Origin: Candidatus Woesearchaeota archaeon
GTDB lineage: Archaea; Nanobdellota; Nanobdellia; Woesearchaeales; GW2011-AR15
Direction: 5' to 3'
Assembly: GCA_016935095.1 (NCBI GenBank)
Contig: JAFGRO010000003.1
Location: 5,702-69,701, forward strand
DNA: 64,000 nucleotides
Part shown: piece after piece, positions 19,505 to 28,592 of the stretch
How positions within the stretch are numbered: the stretch's first letter is position 1
How the letters are laid out: every line of letters starts with the position of its first letter
Notes under the pieces: model-generated
What the model was told of the DNA's origin: nothing
What the model saw: only the letters and a program-made list of their open reading frames with translations
The model's database searches: none
Program-made: the position numbers and the translations under genes

Positions 19505-22500
19505 CTATTTAACATAATCAAATGCTTCTTCTATTACTTTGTGCTGCCAGCCAACTTTTTTCAGGTTTTCTTTTATTTGAGGTTTACTGAGCCCTTTTTT
19601 AAGTGTATAGTCAATATACCTGACAAGCTTTTCTGTTTTATCATGGGGCAGATGTACATCATGCAGTATTAAATCAACAAGCATTGGCTTCCATCCTGCT
19701 TTAACCAGCACATTTTTTATCTGCTCAAATTTTATTCCCTCGCTCTCACATTTCTGGATATATTCCCTTAAGTCGCCTAAATCCTTATCAGTGACAACAG
19801 AATATTTATTCTGATATATAAAAAACGCAACTACACTTGAAAATATAATAATAAAGAACAGAGGCCATATAAAATTAAATGGCTTATCCGCAATCTGATT
19901 TAATAAAGTATCTTTATCTGTTGCAGTTTGATTCTGGACAACATTGCCAGTAATTGAAGGTTCACCAGATAAGGTTCCATTTGTTCCCTGATTACCTGAA
20001 TTTATATCTGAACTGCCCGGCTGTGTTGTACTTTTTTTAGCATTAATCCCGAAATAACTAAATCCGGGAGATTCTGCTTCATAATAAACATAATTAGAAT
20101 CTGTATCATCAAGTTTTGTTTTTAATTCCTTCCAGTCAGTTGAATATCTATGCAGTTTAACAGTTGCCCTGTCTGCATTGTTGGATTTAAACCAATCATT
20201 ACTGATTTTAAATTTTATTTTTACATCAGACAAATCATCTTCATTTAGCCTATAAGCTGAAATCCTGATATATTGATATACTATATCTCCAAGCTCATCA
20301 TAGCTGTCAGGCAATTCATCCCTTTGTTCAACTGAAATAGTTACTGAGCGGTTCTTCTCATTAATTACATCAAATGTTATTTTTGTAAGGGCAATTCCTG
20401 TGCTTGATATATCCATTGTATATTCGCCTTCTGACATCTCTTCCCATACTTTGCTTACCCTTGTCGACCCTGATGATGAAGTGCTGGAGCTGGAACTGCT
20501 GCTGCTTGTTGTTTCATCATCTTCCTCTTCTTCGTCATCATCTTCACCTATAGTAACACTTATGGAAGTAGTCGCATTATTATAGGCAAGGTCTCCGCAG
20601 GTAACATAGTATGTCCCGGAATCTTCAACTGATTTCTGGTGCTGCAGCATTCTTGTTGCATTCGGCAGATAATATGTTGTTTCTGATGAACCAATTGTAT
20701 AGGTGCATCTTGTGGGCTCATTTGTCGTAACAGTAATGGTTGCACTCTCTGTTCCGCTGGCATCAGGCGCATAAGTGATTAAAGGAGAGGTTGTATCATT
20801 GACTGAAAAGTAAACATAAGCTGTCCGGCTGTTGTCATTGGTATCATTGCAGACTACTGTCAACGAATAATCGCTGTCTGGCCAGACGTCATCCTGTTCA
20901 TCATTAAATGTTTTCCTGTATAAATAATTATTAACTTCTGAAAGAGATGAATATGATGAACTTGTGTTCAAGTTATATGTGCAAACAACTTTTTCATTGC
21001 TTTGCACAGTCAAATTATTATTGAACCCGTTAAGCAAGACACTATTGTTCTCAGGATAAGTTATGGTTATATTCGGGGCAATAGTGTCATTATCACCGAA
21101 GACAGCACTGAAATGAGGAACATAAACATAAGCATAATCTCCTGTATCATTATAACAGGGAGAAGAATTCGATGAAAAGTAGCTGCTGCATTTGGTTGTA
21201 AAATTATAACATTGGAGTAAATCATCTTCAGGACAATAATAAAGATGTGTATAATAAGAGCTGTTGTGGGGGAGCCTTATTATCCCGTAATATTCATCAG
21301 TATTATTATAAAAATCTGAAAAATTCGCAAAAAACACATAATCTGTGGCATTAGTGCCGACATCAGCCATTACTGAGTTTTCAAAGTCCTGATTTGAATC
21401 ATACACTTTAAACTTTGATGACCAGTCTGCATCCAAAACAGAAATATTCACTATAGTTATGCTGATGCTGCTGAGATTTATTTCAAGAGATATGTTCTGA
21501 TAAACAGAGAGAGTATCCGAAAGATTATTGTTCGTTGAATTAAATGATTGTATTGTTGTTATATTATCTGAATAGGCTAATATGTCCATCTCCCATTTTG
21601 AAATGTTTAAACTTGAATTTAAATAAAAAATTCTTGTCAGATTATATGTATTATCAGCGGAATCATTTGCAGATATTAGTAAAACATGTTTTCCGGGATA
21701 ATCAAAATCCTGTGTTTTATTGTTTAATATATAAGATGCAGTACTGTTCAGGAAAACCTTTGTAGAATTGTAATCTATTAAATACCATGCAGAATCAAGG
21801 TAAGTGTCATTTAAAGTATAATTAAAGTTAATATCCAATGAGCTAATAATCTGGTTCTCCAGAGGATATGTTATGTTTATTACCGGTAAGACAGTATCAA
21901 CTGTAAAATTAATCATCTGTGCAGAAAATAAATTAACATTATTTGTACAGTTTATTGTAAGATTATAAAGTTGATTACTTAAAACAGGTAAAGTGGTTAC
22001 ATGGGTTACAGCTAAAGAAGCACTTATATTGACATAACTGTTATTATTTAATTTATATCTGCATGTAGATTGATCATCTGTTGTTATATTTATCTGGATT
22101 GAATTAGTGCTGTAAAAAGAATTATTCTCAGGAGAGTTTACTGTAATGTTAGGGTCTGTTGTATCATTAACAGTAACCCAGTAAGTTACATAATCAGAGC
22201 TGTAGTTTTCTGATTCAGGATACAATAAAGTAATATTATACAGCCCGGGCATATTAAACAGGGTTATATTTGATAAGGGCGAAGAACCATTATTTATCAA
22301 AGAGCCATTTTTATACAGAACTATATTCTCTTCTCCCTGGAGTAAATAGCCAGTTATATTTACTGTCTGCAGCTGCTCTATGGAAACATTGGAATTAGTC
22401 CCGTTAAGCGTTAAGTTTACTGATGAATTTGCCCTGCTCACAATATAGCTGAAATTAGAAGTATAAGCAAGATTCCCAGCACTGTCATTGGCATACATTT

Positions 22501-23092
22501 TCCATGAATAAGTGTCTGCCGCCAGATTAGTATAATTATAATAAAAAACATAGTTGCTGAGATTAAAAACATCAGAATAATTATGCAAACTGCCGTTAAA
22601 ATTATGCTCTATCCACACAGAATATAAATTTGTATCATTCCAGGTTATATTAAACTGGAAATATTCCCTTGAACTGTTATATATTACACCTGAACCCGGA
22701 TAAGCTGAATTATTTGACCAGTTCGGAGAGATAGTATCTACTATAAAAGTAAAATTTGTAATACTCCAGTTTTCCTCAGTATTATTATTCTCACAATAAA
22801 TATTCCAGATATATGAACTGTCCTGGAAACTATTCAGGGAAAATACTGAAAGTGTGTTGTTCTGGACGCTTTGATTTGTAAGGTTTATTGCCCATGAACT
22901 TGTTCTGTTCGTATAAATACTGCAGTTATAAGATGAATAATTCCCTGTAACATTGAATGAGAAATTTATTGGATCATTATAATTCAAAAAAGCATTATTT
23001 TCCGGAGAGACCAGACTAATGCTAAATGAAGCATAAGCTACATCAATCAGTACAAGTATCAAAAAAATCAAATTCAGGTAATTCTTTCTCAA
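19505..23092 (-). CDS. giant sequon-rich surface glycoprotein with PGF-pre-PGF-like domain, TM anchor and cytoplasmic tandem module
   Basis: GGGGTGAT SD plus TTG start; signal peptide; dozens of N-x-S/T; acidic/Ser linker; domain ending YVYYEAESPGFSYFGI; TM FIWPLFFIIIFSSVVAFFIY. Confidence 0.8.
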   Translation of the reverse strand: MRKNYLNLIFLILVLIDVAYASFSISLVSPENNAFLNYNDPINFSFNVTGNYSSYNCSIYTNRTSSWAINLTNQSVQNNTLSVFSLNSFQDSSYIWNIYCENNNTEENWSITNFTFIVDTISPNWSNNSAYPGSGVIYNSSREYFQFNITWNDTNLYSVWIEHNFNGSLHNYSDVFNLSNYVFYYNYTNLAADTYSWKMYANDSAGNLAYTSNFSYIVSRANSSVNLTLNGTNSNVSIEQLQTVNITGYLLQGEENIVLYKNGSLINNGSSPLSNITLFNMPGLYNITLLYPESENYSSDYVTYWVTVNDTTDPNITVNSPENNSFYSTNSIQINITTDDQSTCRYKLNNNSYVNISASLAVTHVTTLPVLSNQLYNLTINCTNNVNLFSAQMINFTVDTVLPVINITYPLENQIISSLDINFNYTLNDTYLDSAWYLIDYNSTKVFLNSTASYILNNKTQDFDYPGKHVLLISANDSADNTYNLTRIFYLNSSLNISKWEMDILAYSDNITTIQSFNSTNNNLSDTLSVYQNISLEINLSSISITIVNISVLDADWSSKFKVYDSNQDFENSVMADVGTNATDYVFFANFSDFYNNTDEYYGIIRLPHNSSYYTHLYYCPEDDLLQCYNFTTKCSSYFSSNSSPCYNDTGDYAYVYVPHFSAVFGDNDTIAPNITITYPENNSVLLNGFNNNLTVQSNEKVVCTYNLNTSSSYSSLSEVNNYLYRKTFNDEQDDVWPDSDYSLTVVCNDTNDNSRTAYVYFSVNDTTSPLITYAPDASGTESATITVTTNEPTRCTYTIGSSETTYYLPNATRMLQHQKSVEDSGTYYVTCGDLAYNNATTSISVTIGEDDDEEEEDDETTSSSSSSSSTSSSGSTRVSKVWEEMSEGEYTMDISSTGIALTKITFDVINEKNRSVTISVEQRDELPDSYDELGDIVYQYIRISAYRLNEDDLSDVKIKFKISNDWFKSNNADRATVKLHRYSTDWKELKTKLDDTDSNYVYYEAESPGFSYFGINAKKSTTQPGSSDINSGNQGTNGTLSGEPSITGNVVQNQTATDKDTLLNQIADKPFNFIWPLFFIIIFSSVVAFFIYQNKYSVVTDKDLGDLREYIQKCESEGIKFEQIKNVLVKAGWKPMLVDLILHDVHLPHDKTEKLVRYIDYTLKKGLSKPQIKENLKKVGWQHKVIEEAFDYVK

Positions 23093-23140
23093 TAAATCAC
23101 CCCTTTTATATCCTTTAAATAATGTTATTATTTAAAGTTT

Positions 23141-23160
23141 TCCAAAGATTTTATATATAA
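23141..23160 (+). promoter_or_regulatory. BRE/TATA promoter of the UDP-xylose synthase gene
   Basis: TCCAAAGATTTTATATATAA about 25-30 nt before ATG 23183. Confidence 0.4.
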
Positions 23161-23182
23161 TCGTTTTTTCTAGGAATAAGTC

Positions 23183-24118
23183 ATGAAAATACTTATCACT
23201 GGAGGGGCAGGATTTATTGGAAGTCATCTTTGTGATAGGTTGATTAATGAAGGACATAATATTATATGCGTTGACAATCTTGGCAGCGGGAATATCAATA
23301 ATATAAAACACCTGCTAAAAAGCAAAAAATTCACTTTTATCAGGCATAATATAATTGAACAGCTAAGGCTGATTGAGGGAAGAATTCACCAGATATATCA
23401 TCTTGCTTCAAGAGCCTCTCCCAGGGATTACCAGGAATATCCTGTTGAAACTGCATTGGCAAACTCCATCGGCACAGACAGGATGCTCAAATTAGCTTTA
23501 GCTAAAAATGCAAAATTGCTTTTCACTTCAACAAGCGAGGCATATGGAGAACCTAAGGAACACCCTCAAAATGAAGCGTATTTTGGTAATGTTAACCCTG
23601 TCGGCATAAGAAGCTGTTATGATGAATCAAAAAGATTCGGAGAGGCTTTATTAATGGCTTATCATCGGGAATATGGCGTTGATGTAAAGATTGTAAGGAT
23701 TTTTAATACATACGGACCGAGAATGAGAAAAGATGATGGCAGAGTCATACCCAATTTTATTACACAGTGCCTCACACACAAGCCAATAACAATCTACGGA
23801 GAGGGATTACAAACCAGGTCTTTTTGTTATATTAGCGATATGGTTGAGGGTTTAGTAAAAATGATGAATTCCAGTGAAATCGGACCTAAGAATCTCGGAA
23901 ACCCGAATGAAATGACAATTATCGAACTAGCTAAATTAATCAAGAAATTAACAAAGTCAAGATCTAAATTTACATATAACCAATTGCCAAAGGATGACCC
24001 TACTAAAAGGCAGCCTGATATCTCCAAGGCGCGCAAACTATTGGGGTGGGAACCAACTGTCGGCTTAGAAGAGGGACTTAAAAGAACAATCATCTGGTTC
24101 AAAAAGAATGGCTTTTAA
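23183..24118 (+). CDS. UDP-glucuronate decarboxylase (UDP-xylose synthase)
   Basis: GGAGFIGSH; STSEAYGEPKEHPQNEAYFGNVNPVGIRSCYDESKRFGE, a near-textbook UXS signature. Confidence 0.9.
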   Translation: MKILITGGAGFIGSHLCDRLINEGHNIICVDNLGSGNINNIKHLLKSKKFTFIRHNIIEQLRLIEGRIHQIYHLASRASPRDYQEYPVETALANSIGTDRMLKLALAKNAKLLFTSTSEAYGEPKEHPQNEAYFGNVNPVGIRSCYDESKRFGEALLMAYHREYGVDVKIVRIFNTYGPRMRKDDGRVIPNFITQCLTHKPITIYGEGLQTRSFCYISDMVEGLVKMMNSSEIGPKNLGNPNEMTIIELAKLIKKLTKSRSKFTYNQLPKDDPTKRQPDISKARKLLGWEPTVGLEEGLKRTIIWFKKNGF

Positions 24119-24125
24119 TTAAAAT

Positions 24126-25388
24126 ATGAATATTCAATATTTTTCACATGACCCGGTTATGAATTTCGGGATGGTTTTATTTTTTTTTGTTTTCTTAATG
24201 CTTTTTATAATTTTTGTGGTGTTTGTTATTTCTCTGTTTAAAAAGGTTCATTACAGGAATTTTAAACCATACATAAGTGTAATAATACCTGCTTATAATG
24301 AAGAAAAAAACATTAAAAAATGCTTAAAATCAATTTTTAACTCAAGATACGATTTATCTAAACTAGAAATCATTTGTGTTGACGATGGTTCCACAGATAA
24401 AACAGCTGAAACAATACTGAAACTGTCAAAAAAGCACAAAAATATCAAACTAATAAAAGGAAAACATAAAGGCAAATCCGAAGCTATTAACCTCGGAGTT
24501 AAGCATTCAACACATGATTATATATTAACTATTGATGCTGATACTGTTTTAGATAAATTTTTTATTAAAGAAATCATTAGACCTTTTTCTGATAAAAAGG
24601 TTGGTGCTACAAACGCAATTGCTCTTGTGCAGAAACCAAAAAGGCTTGTTGAGCATTTCCAGGATGTTGAATATTTTTTTAATAACCTTATCAGAAACTC
24701 ATTCTCAAAGATTTTCCATAACGGCATATGGTTTTTCGGGGCATCTGCATGTTTCAGGAAAAGTGTTTTAAAAAAAGCAGGGTTGTTCAGGAGCAATGTG
24801 CTTACCGAAGATATGGATATCGCTTTAAGAATTTTTGAGCTTGGTTATGAGGTTTTGACTGTTGAAACTGCTTTTTCCTATACTGAAGCCTGCTCGTCCT
24901 TAAAAGAATTATTCAAACAGAGGATGAGATGGTTTCACGGCGGGTTACAATGCACATTCAAGCACAATAAACTGTTTAAGAAAAATTCTTTTGCAATTAG
25001 ATACCTGATTGTAGAGAAATATTTCTGGGCAGGTTTTTCATTAATTGTGTTTCCTTTGATTATTTACCAGATTTTTTATTGGATGCCTGCCGGCTTTTTT
25101 TCAATAATAAGTTATCTTTTTAGATGGTTTAGTTTATTTGGGCCCATTTATGTCCTGTATAAAATTCCAGAATGGGGACTTTCACTAATAAATATATTCG
25201 GTGTCTCAAGCGGGATTATAACCGTAATAATGACAATCAGCTCCATCTATACATTTAAAGACAAAATTAATATTTTCAGGATTTTAGTAATTATATTTTA
25301 TTTTCCATACACTTTATTTTTAAACCTAATATTAATTTATTCAATAATAAATTATTTTCTCAATAAGCAAAAATACTTTTTAGAATGA
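24126..25388 (+). CDS. membrane GT2 glycosyltransferase, processive synthase type
   Basis: VIIPAYNEE, DDGSTD, TIDADT, TEDMD, QRMRW (Q-x-x-R-W) followed by TM helices. Confidence 0.8.
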   Translation: MNIQYFSHDPVMNFGMVLFFFVFLMLFIIFVVFVISLFKKVHYRNFKPYISVIIPAYNEEKNIKKCLKSIFNSRYDLSKLEIICVDDGSTDKTAETILKLSKKHKNIKLIKGKHKGKSEAINLGVKHSTHDYILTIDADTVLDKFFIKEIIRPFSDKKVGATNAIALVQKPKRLVEHFQDVEYFFNNLIRNSFSKIFHNGIWFFGASACFRKSVLKKAGLFRSNVLTEDMDIALRIFELGYEVLTVETAFSYTEACSSLKELFKQRMRWFHGGLQCTFKHNKLFKKNSFAIRYLIVEKYFWAGFSLIVFPLIIYQIFYWMPAGFFSIISYLFRWFSLFGPIYVLYKIPEWGLSLINIFGVSSGIITVIMTISSIYTFKDKINIFRILVIIFYFPYTLFLNLILIYSIINYFLNKQKYFLE

Positions 25389-25411
25389 TTAAATGTCAAA
25401 AACCTAATTAA

Positions 25412-25669
25412 TTAAGTAATTTTTTGCATAAGATATAGTGATAGACCGAACAGGGTCATTACCAGAGAAGTAACGCTTAACACCATCGCCGTAATAGCAT
25501 ATCTTCTTCCAGAATATTTTTTTGGATTCTGTTCAATTAATTTTAGTGCTTTAATAGCCAACCATAAAGAAACTATTATCAGACCCACATTAAAGAGCGG
25601 AATCCAGAATCCAAGACTCAGAAAAAATGCTGTTTTTGCATAGAACCGATCCAAATTGTCTTTTTTCAT
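25412..25669 (-). CDS. small membrane protein (DUF4190-like)
   Basis: Two TM helices flanking a KALKLIEQNPKKYSGRRYA loop. Confidence 0.45.
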   Translation of the reverse strand: MKKDNLDRFYAKTAFFLSLGFWIPLFNVGLIIVSLWLAIKALKLIEQNPKKYSGRRYAITAMVLSVTSLVMTLFGLSLYLMQKIT

Positions 25670-25676
25670 TATATAA

Positions 25677-27044
25677 TTAATCTGCTGAGAGATTCCCTTT
25701 TTTTCTTAACATAAACCAATTCATTTCCCTATTAAAAATTGCCCTGAAAACACCTAATGTCACAATCCCTATTACTACTAATCCAACACTAAAAGAAGCT
25801 AGAATTAGTTTAGGAATTTCTTTTGTTTTGTTACTTAGGATGAAAGTAATCATTAATGTCAGCAAAAAGCCGGAGGTAAGAATGATATTCAATGTTGTCT
25901 CCGAAATGAACTTCGCCCACATTATAATCTCAGGCCTGTGTGTTATTATAGATAATAAACCTGTTACTGCAAGTAAAAAATAGAACAGGGTTGTTAAATA
26001 ACCAGACAATAACAAAAACATGTTTATCTTATCCTTGAAATGAAGCTTCTTGTTTGTAAAGATTTCCCAGAAATACATTTTAATAGCTGTAATAACCCCG
26101 TATGCCCATCTCATCTGTTGCTTACATAAATCAACTAATGTAAACGGAGCCTCACACAGACACTCCAGTGTCTCTAAATAGACTATTTTTTTGCCTGCGT
26201 TGGTCAATTTCAGGGAATATTCTATATCTTCTGTCAGTGCACCGCTTCTCCAGCCACCAAGCTCAATTAAATCCTTTTTCCTGATAGCCTCTGCAGAACC
26301 GCCAATAAAGGTGTTGCTGTTAACCCTATTTAAGAAAGGCAACCCGAAATAATGTGTAAAAATAGGGATTGTACCTCCAATAATTGCAGCCAGTGTCTGT
26401 GAAAAATTCCCTGTTTTCCATCTTGCCTGGACAGCTGAAACACATTTATCATGGATAAAAGGAGCTATTATTCTCCTTAAAAAATCTTGTTCAGGCAAAA
26501 AATCAGAATCAAATATAACAATATATTCCCCGTTGGAATAATTTAGCATATGAATAAGATTTCCCGGCTTAAACCCTGCATTAGTTTTTCTTCTTGTAAC
26601 TTTGATTCTGCTTTTATGCATTCTTGCAAATTCATCTATTTTTTCTGAAATAGATTTATCAGAGCTGTCGTCTCCAATTATAATTTCATATTTGCTTTTC
26701 GGATAATCAAAGTCTAGGCATTTTCTTGCACAGTTCAATGCAACAAGCTCATTATATGTAGGGATCTGAATGGTCACAAAAGGCAAATCAGAATCCTTTA
26801 CAGGTTTTTCTTTTTGTTTATTTTTATTCAATAACAAATATACGCCCATCATAAAATAAGTCAAAGTCAAGATTATTGTGATATACAGCAGAATATAAAA
26901 TAAAGTATCAAAAAATATGTGCATATAATCCAGAATTAATCTGGAATAAGATAAATAAAAATTATAGACCGAATCTCCTATTTCTGCATAAAAATTAAAG
27001 ATTAAATTAAAGATAATTTTCAATATATCAATAATTTCATTCAT
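25677..27044 (-). CDS. membrane GT2 glycosyltransferase, processive synthase type
   Basis: VTIQIPTYNE, GDDSSD, IFDSDF, TEDIE, QQMRWAYG (Q-x-x-R-W), flanking TM helices. Confidence 0.8.
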   Translation of the reverse strand: MNEIIDILKIIFNLIFNFYAEIGDSVYNFYLSYSRLILDYMHIFFDTLFYILLYITIILTLTYFMMGVYLLLNKNKQKEKPVKDSDLPFVTIQIPTYNELVALNCARKCLDFDYPKSKYEIIIGDDSSDKSISEKIDEFARMHKSRIKVTRRKTNAGFKPGNLIHMLNYSNGEYIVIFDSDFLPEQDFLRRIIAPFIHDKCVSAVQARWKTGNFSQTLAAIIGGTIPIFTHYFGLPFLNRVNSNTFIGGSAEAIRKKDLIELGGWRSGALTEDIEYSLKLTNAGKKIVYLETLECLCEAPFTLVDLCKQQMRWAYGVITAIKMYFWEIFTNKKLHFKDKINMFLLLSGYLTTLFYFLLAVTGLLSIITHRPEIIMWAKFISETTLNIILTSGFLLTLMITFILSNKTKEIPKLILASFSVGLVVIGIVTLGVFRAIFNREMNWFMLRKKGNLSAD

Positions 27045-27192
27045 TTTTATAATCCAAGCTCAAATTTCAACATTTATGTCCTTATTTATTCAAGTATTTT
27101 CTTTTTTGAATTATTAAGTCTTGATAAGTTTACATATTTATATATTTTTATGTTTTTAACAGATTTTTTTATCTGAAAATTATATATATTAT

Positions 27193-28590
27193 TCAGGGTG
27201 TATATTTCCATATCTCTATTCCTTCATAATCATATTCCTTGCTGAATTTATTACTGTTTTTTAATAAAAATAAAAGCCCTTCATCTTCCTTTTTCCAGGT
27301 ATTGGTTTTCATTTGAGAATTAATCCAGATATAAACAATATTATATTTTTTCAATAGGGATTCGGTTTTATCTAAATTTCTTGAATAAAAAATTTCATCT
27401 GAGTCTTTAATTCTAAGTTTTTCTTTTGAATGAAGAAAATATAGTTCGTCACTGATGATTGGTCTTTTGGCAATTGCCTGTATCAGATTCCCGTTTTGAT
27501 AATGTGAAAACACAGTATCCATCTCATTCGAATTTGAGTTAAGCCATTCTAAACTTAAAATTTCAGAGGGGTGCGGAGGAAAATGGATTACCCTGTTGAT
27601 GTATGAGCCTGCTGAAAAAAATAAACCACACAATATAAGTAGGATAGCATATTTTTTTAAAATTTGTAATTCCCATTTTAAATTGATTAATTTTGTAAAA
27701 GCAAAGCCGGCATAATATACTAAAATAAATTCCAAATAAATCACAAAACTCTTTAAATAAACTGAAAAAAAGACTAAGATAATTATGAGCAAATAAATAA
27801 TGAAATTCTTTTTTTTATTTTTCCAGGAAAGCAATAATCCTATTCCTGAAAGAAATAAGGAGAAAATTCCAAAACCCAGCATCGCTCCTAAATCAGTAAT
27901 AGTTTCTTTAAATAAATTTCCAGATATTAATGAAGATACAACTGATTTGCCCTGTAGATATATAAAAATGAGCCCTATACCCAGGAGTACTAATGTAAAC
28001 AAAAATTGCCTTTTTTCACTGAATTTCTGATAATATGCAATCAATACAATCAAAGGCAAAACAAAACTTTTTATGTCAATAATTGTAATCAAAGAAAAAA
28101 CCAGTAATGAAAAAACATAGTTTTCCCTTAATAAAAGATAAGAGCCAAGCAACATCAGGAAAACAATAAGAAAATATTCATTAAAAATTGTAAAAGTGTA
28201 TATAAAAACTGGTGAAAAAAGCAATATTAGGCTGGTGAAAAAGGACCTCTTTAATGAAAGATTAATTTTCCTTAATATCAAATAGTATAACATCATAGAC
28301 AACATGCCGAAAATAAATGGCAATATTTTCATGAAATAGACTGTATCTGTAAATAGTGACAATAAAATATCTACAAAACAAAAATCATAGTCTCTCCCTC
28401 CGAAGAACAGCTCATCTGTTTTATTTAAATATTCCCCTGATTTTATTTTTTGTGCTAAACGAAGATGATAGTAAGAATTATAACTAATCAGATAAGGATT
28501 ACCCTTGTATCTAAGAAGATGCGGGCTTATTAATACACTAAGCGTAAATACTAAAATAATCAGGATTATTTTTTTTTCATCAATTTTCAT
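27193..28590 (-). CDS. GT-C-like polytopic membrane protein (STT3/ArnT-like N-terminal region, no WWDYG)
   Basis: More than 10 TM helices; first loop SYNSYYHLRLAQKI resembles the STT3/AglB EL1 motif; soluble C-terminal domain. Confidence 0.5.
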   Translation of the reverse strand: MKIDEKKIILIILVFTLSVLISPHLLRYKGNPYLISYNSYYHLRLAQKIKSGEYLNKTDELFFGGRDYDFCFVDILLSLFTDTVYFMKILPFIFGMLSMMLYYLILRKINLSLKRSFFTSLILLFSPVFIYTFTIFNEYFLIVFLMLLGSYLLLRENYVFSLLVFSLITIIDIKSFVLPLIVLIAYYQKFSEKRQFLFTLVLLGIGLIFIYLQGKSVVSSLISGNLFKETITDLGAMLGFGIFSLFLSGIGLLLSWKNKKKNFIIYLLIIILVFFSVYLKSFVIYLEFILVYYAGFAFTKLINLKWELQILKKYAILLILCGLFFSAGSYINRVIHFPPHPSEILSLEWLNSNSNEMDTVFSHYQNGNLIQAIAKRPIISDELYFLHSKEKLRIKDSDEIFYSRNLDKTESLLKKYNIVYIWINSQMKTNTWKKEDEGLLFLLKNSNKFSKEYDYEGIEIWKYTP

Positions 28591-28592
28591 TT

